NCBI GenBank assembly: GCA_964016885.1
Contig: OZ024740.1
Location: forward strand, 425,382,001-425,446,000
DNA length: 64,000 bases
Direction of reading: 5' to 3'
From: Eledone cirrhosa
Taxonomy: Eukaryota
In this document: positions 53,817 to 64,000 of the stretch, piece by piece
Layout: each line of letters starts with the position of its first letter
Numbering within the stretch: the first letter of the stretch is position 1
Notes under the pieces: model-generated
What the model was told of the DNA's origin: nothing
The model's database searches: none
The model's input: the letters and a program-made list of their open reading frames with translations, nothing else
Position numbers and translations under genes: made by a program

Positions 53817-54530
53817 TTATTGTATTTCTCCTGTGTCTTGAACTCTCCATTTAATAGACAACGACTCTTGTTTGTTTGTTTATTTATATCTTTACATCTT
53901 TATTTGCTGTATTAATGCTTTTCCACGTATTCTACCTCTATACATACATGTACTTTTTACTTCCCTTATTCGGACTTTTACTCGCGTGTACCCTTAGCAC
54001 ACGACACTGGAATATCTCCCCCTGGGAACATGAATACTGCAACCTGAACTATATTGTATTTCTCCTGTGTCTTGAACTCTCCATTTAATAGACAACGACT
54101 CTTGTTTGTTTGTTTATTTATATCTTTACATCTTTATTTGCTGTATTAATGCTTTTCCACGTACTCTACCTCTATACATCCATGTACTTTTTACTTCCCT
54201 TATTCGGACTTTTACTCGCGTGTACCCTTAGCACACGACACAAGATTGTCTCCCCCCGGGAACATAAATACTGAACTATATTGTAATTCTCCTATGTCTT
54301 GATTTCTCCATCTTACTCCAACACCACTCTTGTTGGTTTATTTACATATTTATACCTATATATTGATATGTTTATATATTTATACCTTTGCTTTGCCAAT
54401 GTGCTCTTCCATGTATTCCACTTCTATGTATCCAGGTATTACTACTCCTCACATTGGGACTTGTACCCATTAGCACACGACACTAGAATGTCTCCTCCTG
54501 AGAACAAACATAAATATTACACGACTATAT
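53817..54530. repeat. ~230-bp tandem repeat, 3 copies
   Basis: tattgtatttctcctgtgtcttga at ~53818, ~54052 and ~54279; the third copy is diverged. Confidence 0.85.
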
Positions 54531-56544
54531 CCCGTACTCTACATCCCACTAGGATAAATTACAGATCTACATAATACAATTAACGTTTCTTCATAAAAGA
54601 CTCTCTTTAATTAAACCCCGCAACCCAAAACCTCATAGAAGTTCTTTAAATGTTTAATCTTCAATTTTCTGTTTGTTCAATTCTCAATCTTCTTACTCTT
54701 TAATTTTATAATGTTATTCTGAATTCTTTCAACTTCATCCTATAAAGTTAAGCAATATTTTAAGGTTCCAACTTTCTGTCGGACTGTTGGGTGGGTTTTA
54801 ATGGCGGCGCGACCAGCCCCCTGGCGCACGGGCTTACATGGAGTGCTTGGAAAAATAAATTTCCCCTTCTTTCGGTAAATGAAAATACTCGGCGCAGCTT
54901 AATTCGCCCTGGGGCCCGGAGCGCGGTCGGTGTTTTAACCGCCACATAGTACCTTTAAATTACAGATCAAATCGGAACTATTAGATATATCAACCTGAAA
55001 ATGTTAAACTGTGTAACTTTAAATTTTCTAACCTCCTTAATATTGAATATTGATTATTAATTTTTTAACTTCATCCTATAAGTCTAAACATTGTAACACA
55101 CTGACTCCCAATATATTCATCTCTGCTACGATGCGGGTCCCTGTGAAAATTTTCTCGCGCCACTCCTGGCCTGACTGTGATCTGACATTAATATCGACCT
55201 TTCTTCCTCTTTCTTTCTATCCTCCTTTTTGTAGCCATCAACCCTTACTTTTCTACTTCTCTCTTCTCTTCCTTCTCTTCTCTTCCTTCTCTTCTCCCCT
55301 CTTCCTGTCTTCCTCCCGCAGACTTATCTTCCTTCCCCCCTTTTGTTTGCCTATATCTAAGTACAAGAGACGGTCAATTCTGGTCAAGAGGTGTATGTAA
55401 ACTTTTTCACTCTTTATTTTACAACCGATAGAAAAAAACTGAAAAGGTTTACCGGGAACTTCAAGCCAGTATCACCACCGTCTATGATTCCTCCAACTAG
55501 GCCACCGAGACAGCTACAAAAGTATAATAAACATTTATAATTATAAGCCTACTTTCAAAATCATAGCTTTCCTATAGCTATTAGTAATATTTAGGGTCGA
55601 CTTCTGGTCATTATTTAAAGTCTCTGGATTTCGCAAAATACATAATATTATTTATCGGAGAAGGTAAGATTTTTTTCCGCAAAAATTTGATTGCACTGTT
55701 TTGTTTCCACTTATGTATTTTTTGAAAATGTTATTTATTCATTATAAAAATTAAACGATAGCATTCTATATGTAGGTGGACCCCCTTCATCTGGCAACCA
55801 ATATTTTTAGACCTAGTCCACCACTGGCAACAGGTCTACAGTATGGTACCTGGTTTACATTTGGAGCTACTGCTGATATGTAGAAAAATAATTTCTAACG
55901 TTTTAAATTTCATAACTTCACAAGGTTTATTTTTCAACATATTCCCTGGAAGGAAGCACTGCAATTATTAATAAAAAGAGTTAATGCGTGTAAGATTTCA
56001 CAGCTCTAACATCACTCCTTGATAGTCAGCCTATGAGCTTTTCTGCCGACCCTCGTACATTAAGTTCAGTTAAAATCTAATATACGTTCTGTTAAAACAT
56101 GAATATTTATTGTTAAAATAATCCCATATAATAACACATGTCACCTGTAGGTATATATAATTATTTTCTCTCTGTAACTATATAGGTTATGTCGCTTTGA
56201 TTTATATTGTCACTTTCTCTTGTTGCTCTCTATCATTCTCACTATTTCTCTTGTTCATCTCCATATCTTTCTCACTCTTAAGACTTTATTAACAAATCAC
56301 CTCTTCCTTCTCCTTCTAGACACCCTGCTGTTGTGTTAAGAGAGAGAAAGTAGTGGGGAGAAAGAAAGAAAATGTGAGAAATAAAAATCAAGTAAGAGGG
56401 AGTGAGAAATATATAAAGAGAGGCTTGGCATCATAAATGCTATGTACGCTGTAATACGTTATGGAATACGATTAAAAACAGAGAGAAAAATGGGAACAGA
56501 GATATAGAGTGCGTGAAAGACACGTCAATAGAGAGTTAGGATGA

Positions 56545-56649
56545 GACAGACAGACAGATAGATAGATACATAGAGAGAGAGAGAGAGAGAGAGAGAGATA
56601 CATAGATAAATAGATAGATAGATAGAGAGAGACAGAGAGAGAGAGAGAC

Positions 56650-56730
<81 letters not shown>
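56545..56730. repeat. (AG)n/(GATA)n microsatellite
   Basis: Seen directly; abuts the LINE 3' end. Confidence 0.95.
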
Positions 56731-56733
<3 letters not shown>

Positions 56734-59147
56734 TTATTTGCCAGAGGGGCGTACAAAAATGGACATTACAAGACGTGACGGCGGGGGTTTTACATAAAAA
56801 TCATATAACTTTAACATTAATAAATAACAATAAACTATATATAATAAAATAACAATTGAAATCCCCAATAGGGGGGAAGGGAACGTTACTGCAGGGTTGT
56901 TTTACACCCCGTGGATAGAACAACCCTCAACTGACAACTGGATGTGTCCCACACGTGACAGTAGCTGTTCGACATAATTCGACAGGTCGGTCACCCCTGG
57001 GCACTGAACATTTGCATGCAGAACGGTTTCGATGTCCTTCTCGCATCTTGGACAGGTCCTTTTGGCAGGATCTCTGCCTGTAGATTTTGTCTCGAACTGG
57101 TAGAGCTCCTCAGTAGCATGCAGGCCAGAGACCTCTGGAAGTTATCCATAGGCCCTGGACGGAAAGTCCTCCCGAACAGACTGGTCAGTTCGTCCTCCTC
57201 GATGCCTAGAGTTTCCCCGAAAACGTGGTCGCACTTATCCTCCACTAATCCCCTATAGAATGTCGAAGTGGAGTCTCCGCTGATTGCCTTTTCCGCTTGG
57301 TAGAGGGCTGTGAGCGCCTAAAGGCACTCGAGGTGCCAGGCACCCATTTTCGGTCTTCGCTTGACCCAGGACTACAGCTCTGTTAGTGAGACGAATTGTG
57401 GAAGAGCTTCTCTCACAAACGACAGCCACACCGGGTCACCGGTCAGGAATACCTGGAGATGGCGTAGCCCCAGCGCGTGTTTTCGCATCATCAGCCACGG
57501 CATGCCCGGCCCTCCGTTACAAGGGTGTTGACAGCAGATGGATCTCCTCACCAATGGAGCCTGTTTCTTCTAGAGGAACTTGAAGAGTAGGCGTTCCATT
57601 TTGGTGAGGTATTCGCGGAGACAAGGCACGACTGTCAAGCGGTAGTAGATGACTGACGCTATGTAAGTGTTCGTCACCTCCACTCGACCTTTCAAGGAGA
57701 GTTTGCACTCAGCCCACTTCTGAGTGAGTGCAAACATCTTCGCCGTGACCTCGTTCCAGTTCTTGTCCACCTGGAGGTCTGGACCAAACCAGACCCCGAG
57801 CAATTTCACCGGTCCTTCCGTCCAGCGTCCAACGACACTGTCGGAAGCCATGGGTTTGCCTCTCCATGTACCGAGCTGCAAACCGACAGACTTGTTTGGG
57901 TTTAGTCTTGCTCCTGTCAATGTTTCGTATTCCTGTAATAGGTTGCCGATTTCGCCGATTTCCGAGGTTTTTTTACACCATTACGGTTATGGCGTCGGCA
58001 TAGACCGATGCTGCTTTCCGCAGTCCTGGTTCGATCGGGATGCCCTGCAACAGCTCCAACTTCCGCAGTAATGGCTCGAGAGACAGTACATACAGAATGG
58101 AGGTGAGGGGCATCCCTGACGGATGGAACGCATGATTTGGAATGGCTCCGATAGGTAGCCATTCACCTTGACTGCTGAGCAGATGCTGGTGTGCATGGCA
58201 GCGATCCAGCCTCTGAAGACGGAAGCGAAGCCGGCCGCCTTGAGAGCCGCTTCCACGTGTTGATGGTCGACCCTATCAAATGCCTTAGACTGATCTAAAT
58301 TGATCAGAGCCCCACCGAAGCCAGGTTTACACTCTACACTCTCTATGATGTATCGCATGAGGTGGAGGTTGTGGTGTATGGACCTGGTTGGGATTGCACA
58401 CGTTTGCGCTTCCCCTACCAGGTTCTCGACGACAAGCGCCAGCCTCACTGCTAACACCTTGGCCAAAATCTTTAACTCTGTGTTGAGCAGAGTTATGGGC
58501 CTGAAATTGCTTATCTCATCCCCCCTTGTTCTCATCTTTCCTGATCAGCGCCACTACGCCTCTGCCTACAGAACTAGGCATACTCCCGTTCTGCTGCCAG
58601 TTGCAGTAGACCGATTCGAGGACGCCAGAGAACAAGTCTGGGATGCCTATGTAAAACTCATAGGGTAGACCATCTAAACCGGGGGATTTGCGTTTCCCGC
58701 AGCGGCCTAGGGCATCTTCTATTTCGCCCGCTGTGATCGGCCTTTCGCAGGTCTCTGCATCCGTGCACGAGAGTCGTGGTAAGCCGTCGAGGTAGGAACT
58801 GAAGTCCATCACATCGCTCGATGTACCGCTTTGCCCGAACAGGCCGTGCACATCTGCTTGGATTCAAGTAGAATGCGTCCATCTTTGTCTTGCAAATACC
58901 GAATTGTGGATTTTTTGCCACTTTTCGCCTCTGCTACTCGGGCCCAGCTAACAGCTTTGGCTCCCTCGTTTCTTAGCGCACGTGTTCTACTCCTGACAAT
59001 ACAACCTTCGTGTTTCACGTTGAAGAACTGGTCTAGTGCCGTTCTCGCCGCTAGCACGTCAGCTGTACTGCCATGCCTAAGTGCCTCTTCTACTTTAGCT
59101 ACCAGTTCCTTTTCAGTTTTGTTTTTTTCTACAGCTACTTCCTTCTA
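56731..59147 (-). mobile_element. Tx1/L1-like LINE, 5'-truncated, frameshifted
   Basis: KSPGLDGLP.EFY, NFRPITLLN, LDQSKAFDRV, RQGCP, KLLGVWF, LSLKGR; 3' AATAAA into (TC)n. Confidence 0.88.
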
Positions 59148-59172
59148 TAGACAGACAGACAGACAGACAGAC

Positions 59173-59242
<70 letters not shown>

Positions 59243-59248
59243 ATAGAT

Positions 59249-62200
59249 AACTTTCTTTTTATTTGCCACCAGGGTATCAAAGAGTGGGACAAGTATAATG
59301 GGGGAGTTTACATAAAAAGGCGTCCTCAATAAGGAGGAGGCAATAACAAGATATAAAAAATATATAAAATATAACAAAAATAAATTTAATAACAAAATCC
59401 CCAATAGGGAGGAGGCGCCTTGGGGGATCGCACACACCCCTGAAAAAAGTGTGCAACCCTTCTCCTCAGGAGCACAGAGAGGGGGGGGGCTCCCTTGATC
59501 TTTCATCTTCCTCAACTATAGTCTGATGTAGAGTGAAGGCACATTCACACGGGCCATTCTCGCCACTGATCTCCATCCTGATCCTTCTTCCGAAATGATA
59601 TCGGAAGAAACGGACCAGTTGTTGGCCAGAGAGAAAGGTGTCTGACCTCAGTCCTTTCAGACGCGTCCACCATACAACCTCTTTCGCCATGGCTATTACG
59701 CACAGAAACACCGCCTCTTCGTTTTTGAAGAGGGGAGGCGGCTTGATCGTTACAATAGCTTCGGTGGTCAACCGGATCGGTCCCACCCTTGACAGCAGTT
59801 GTTCGACATAGCCCCACAGATCGGCAATGACCGAGCAGTGTACCAATGCGTGTGTAACGGTTTCCTCGTCGCACACGCATCTGGGACAGAGTTTTTAGAG
59901 GGGTCCCTACCAGGGCGCCCCTGTCTGTAGAGCCTTTCTCGAACGGGCAGAGCCCCCTGATAGCACTGCCAGGCCAGGGACCTCTGGAAGTTATCCATGG
60001 GTCCCGGACTGAATGTCCTACCGAACAGGTTGGCCAGTTCGTCTTCCTCCATGCCTAAGGCTTCTCCGAGGGTGTCGTCGCACCTGCTAACCACCAGCCC
60101 TCTATAGAATGACGAGGTGGATTCTCCACTGACAGCCGGGTCCGCCTGCCAGAGAGCCGTGAGCACCTGGAAACACTCGGTGTGCCAGGCGCCCAGTTTT
60201 CTCGGTCTTTGCTTGACCCAGGACTGCAGCTCGGTGAGCGAGACGAGTCTGGGAAAGCCTCGCCTCACAAACGGGGCCCACACCAGTTGACCGGTGAGGA
60301 ATACCTGGAGGTGCCGTAGCCTTAATGCGTGTTTACGTATCATTAGCCACGGCATCCCCAGCCCTCCTTTCGAAGGGTGTTGACAGCAGATGGATCTGCT
60401 CACCATAGGAGCCCGCTTCTTCCAAAGGAATTGGAAGAGTGCGAGCTCCATTTTGGCGAGCGTTTCCCTTGGGCAAGGCACGACGGTCATGCGGTAGTAG
60501 ATGACGGACGCTATATAAGTGTTCGCCACCTCCGCCCGACCTTTCAGGGACAGTTTGCACTCGGCCCACTTCTGGGTCAGTGCAAACACCCTGTTCGTTA
60601 CCTCACCCCAGTTCTTCTCCACCTGGAGGTCTGGTCCGAACCAGACCCGAGCAACTTCACCGGGCCCTCCGTCCAGCGCCCGACGACGCCATCGGAGGGC
60701 ATCGATCTGCCCCTCCACGTGCCGAGTTGCAGACCGATCGACCTGTCCCGGTTCAGCTTAGCCCCTGTAAACCTTTCGTACTCCTCCAGTAAGGTGCCGA
60801 TCGCCCCGATTTCCGAGGCCGTCGACACCATTACTGTTACGTCATCGGCGTAGGCCGACATCGCTTTCCGTAATCCCGGTTCCAACTGGATGCCCTGCAA
60901 CAACTCCAACTTCCGCAGCAGTGGCTCTAGAGTCTTTACAAACAGAACGGAGGAGAGAGGGCACCCTTGTCGGATGAACCGCGCGATTTCGAACGGCTCC
61001 GAGAGGTATCCGTTCACCTTGACCCTAGAGCAGATGCGGCTGCTGTGCATGGCATTGATCCAGCCCCTGAAAACGGGTCCGAAGCCTGCCGCCGCTAGCA
61101 CCGCATCCAGGTAACCATGGTCGACCCTATCGAACGCCTTAGATTGATCCAAGTTGATCAGGGCCCCACCAAAACTGGCTTCGTTCCCAACCCTCTCTAT
61201 GATGTATCGCTTGAGGTGGATGGACCTGGACGGGATAGCACATGTTTGCGCATCTCCCACCAGGTTGCCCACGACAAGCGCCAACCTCTTTGCTAGCACC
61301 TTGGCCAAAATCTGTAACTCTGTATTTAGCAGAGTTATGGGCCTGAAATTATTTATATCGTCCCCCTTGTTCTCGTACTTCCTCACTAGCGTGACTACGC
61401 CCTTGGTCACAGCACAGGGAATTCTCCCGTTCTGTTGCCAGTTGCAGTAGACCGCCTCGAGGAGATCGGGGAACAAGTCCGGCATAGCTAGATATAGTTC
61501 GTATGGAAGACCATCGAGACCCGGGATTTGCGTTTGCCGCATTGGCTCAGCACGTCCTCTATCTCAGCGGCTGAAATCGGCTCCTCGCAGGACTTCGCCT
61601 CCCTGTCCGAGAGACGCGACAGGCCGTCGAGGTATGGACCGAAGTCAACTTGCCCAACCGGCTTCCCGCCCCTTCCTAACATTCTGGTAAGGTGCTTTTG
61701 AAAAGCCTCGCACATCTGCCTAGGTCGAAGGATCACCCGTCCATCCTGGTCTCGCAAAGACCGGATAGTAGAACTACTCCCTCTTTTGGCTTCTGTCACG
61801 CGAGCCCAGCTAACAGCTTTGGTCCCCTCGTTTCCCAGAGCACGTATTTTGCTTCGGACGATGCAGCCTTCGTGTTTCGCGTCGAAGAACTGGCCCAAGG
61901 CCGTTCTCGACGCTAGCACTCTGGCCACGTCGCCGCTTCTAATTGCCTCTTCTACACTATCTACCAACTCCCTTTCCTTCCTATTTCTAATTGAGGCTAA
62001 CTCCTTACTAAATTCTATAGAGACTACTCTAATCTCTCTTTTGAGAGATCCCCACCACCTGCTGTTGACGATGGCGCCCGTCAATCGCTCCTTAACTAAA
62101 GTGCTAATCCGGTCCCTGTAAGCCCTACTTGCCGGTAAGGACAAGTTGAGCTTCCAGTAACCGGGTCCCTGTCTATGCATTCTGTCAAGATTGACCATGC

Positions 62201-64000
62201 AGGTCACTAACTTGTGGTCTGAATAGCCAACCATGAGCATTTTTGGACAGCTTACAAAGTCCTTATCCTTATTTCTAACTAAGAACCTATCTAGGTACGG
62301 TACGACCTAGATGATCCGCTGCGGTTTGCCCAAGTCCAGGTTGGCGCAGTCGGAAAATCTAATCGATATCTATCGGCCAGGTCAAATCGACCGATTAACC
62401 CTTTGAGACTGTTAAACCCCTCTCTATCGGGACAGGCCCCTGCGTAGTCCCAACGTGCATCTAGGATACCATTCCAGTCCTCCACTAATAGCAAGGAGCG
62501 GGACGTCCTCAGAAAAGTCTCCAGACGATGGAAGAAGTCTGGCCGCGTTGACCCGAAAGGGACGTAGACGGCTACCAGCCTAAACGCTCTGCCTTCATCA
62601 CTGCCAAGGTCCAGAACCACTAGTCGACCCTTCGGGTCCAAATGTACGGTCTGTGTTGCGAGACCCAGATGTTTTTGCAGCAGAACGACAACCCCACCCC
62701 ACCTCCGGGCTGACAGAGAGATGCGTGCATCTCAAAGTCATCAAAGGTGGGGGCCAGCTGTCGCACGTTGCTGATCCGGGCCTCGCAAATAACCATCACA
62801 TCTATACGTTGTGACCTGAGGTCATTTAGAAGCATTGCTTGCTTCCAAGTTGAGCCCAGGCCACGCGCATTTAGACAGCCTACTCTTAGCATAGCCATGT
62901 TGGTGGTGAAGATAAAAGGCACCTACCTCTCTGCGTCCCGGGTATCGGGCTCTTCGTCTCCTGGGGACCAGGCTGCACAATTTCCATGGGGTGTTGGAGG
63001 GTATTTTTGATGGGGTGGTGGTTTCTCTTCGTCTCCTGGGGACCAGGCTGCACAATTTCCATGGGGGTGTTGGAGGGTTTTTTGGTGGGTTGGTGGTCTC
63101 TGGCGGGATGGGGACGGAGATGTTTGGTGGGGAGGGGGTGCGTCTGGGGTGTGAGTGTCTGGGTTGGGGGTGTGGAAACATTTCAAAAGGGCGCGGTTAT
63201 AGGGTTTGACGCAGGGGTTACCTACGTCGTTAGGAAATTTTTCCTTTAACTGTTTATGTGTGTCCATGGAGATCCTAATCATTTTAAGATTAGGATTCTC
63301 CGAATAGTGTGTAAAAGTTTTCCCTTCGGACTCCACCGAAGGGTTTTTATATATGGTGTCTGTTAAAGTTTTATTGTTAGAATTTATGTAGGTGTAATAT
63401 TTTTGTTGTGTTGTGTTTTTTTTTTCTGTGGTTCTTGTGTGTGTTTACGTTTTGTAGTAGGTGTTTTGTTTTCAGGAGGGGGTGTTTTTGTTTGTGCTGT
63501 TTGCGTCGCTTGTATTGGTGTTTGTGTGTTTGTTGCATTTTTGTTTGTGTTATGTCTTTTCTTTTTTTCTTTTTACTGGTCGGAAAGGCTCTCCCTCACC
63601 GTCACTGGGTGACGATGATGAGGCCTCATCCGTGGTGTTGGGGAGGAGTACATTTTGAGGAGCTGTGTGTGGGTGTTTCTGGAGTTGTTTTAGGTGGGGA
63701 GGGGTTGGGTGGGACTGTGTTTGCAGTTTGGTTTGTTTTTGTGTGTTGTTGTTGTGGTGGTTGTTGTTGTTGTTGTTGTGGTGGTGGTGGTGGTGGTTGT
63801 GTTGTTGTGTTGGGTGTCGGCAGTAGTGCATTTTTTTTATTGAAGTTAATTGAGGACAGGAAGCCCTCAGGTGACCACTGCTTAAACAGTGGTAACATGA
63901 AGGCCGCCTACCCTCAACAGAAATGTTTATGTAGGAATTTCCATCCAGAGGCACATGTTGTGGTATTCTAGCTATCCGTTCTGGTCTCATTTGGACCAGA
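59249..64000 (-). mobile_element. Tx1/L1-like LINE, near full length: ORF1 zinc knuckle plus APE-RT ORF2 (broken); continues beyond the window
   Basis: ORF1 CYHCLSSGHLRASC; APE LNARGL, DWN, SDH, GYWKLN; RT NFRPITLLN, LDQSKAFDRV, RQGCPLS, AYADDV; C-terminal C..ET..H...C; 3' AATAAAA into (TATC)n. Confidence 0.92.

Noticed and set aside
57016-63971. Plus-strand ORFs over the Tx1-like elements
   Set aside because: Antisense shadows of GC-rich LINE coding sequence.

Overview
Eukaryotic, AT-rich, repeat-saturated DNA with no recognisable host gene. The (TA)n/(CA)n/(TATG)n density and the SINE types resemble an octopod cephalopod genome (inference). Main contents: an ~8.5-kb 27-bp satellite; a young, intact Penelope-like element (PLE; RT + C-terminal GIY-YIG) in an inverted, head-to-tail arrangement; decayed R4/Dong-, RTE-, CRE- and Tx1/L1-like LINEs; a deleted mariner; a 6.1-kb hAT-type element with an 8-bp TSD; a Helitron 3' end; two SINE families; and a 200-N gap. 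The signal not shown by the ORF track is about 25 Type I hammerhead-ribozyme (HHR) motifs from more than 10 unrelated families. They sit in short non-coding elements inserted in (TA)n, often folded back into hairpins at the ribozyme or arranged as terminally redundant ~600-bp units. This looks like a population of PLE-mobilised, retrozyme-like mini-elements. All folds were read by eye; none was computed or assayed.
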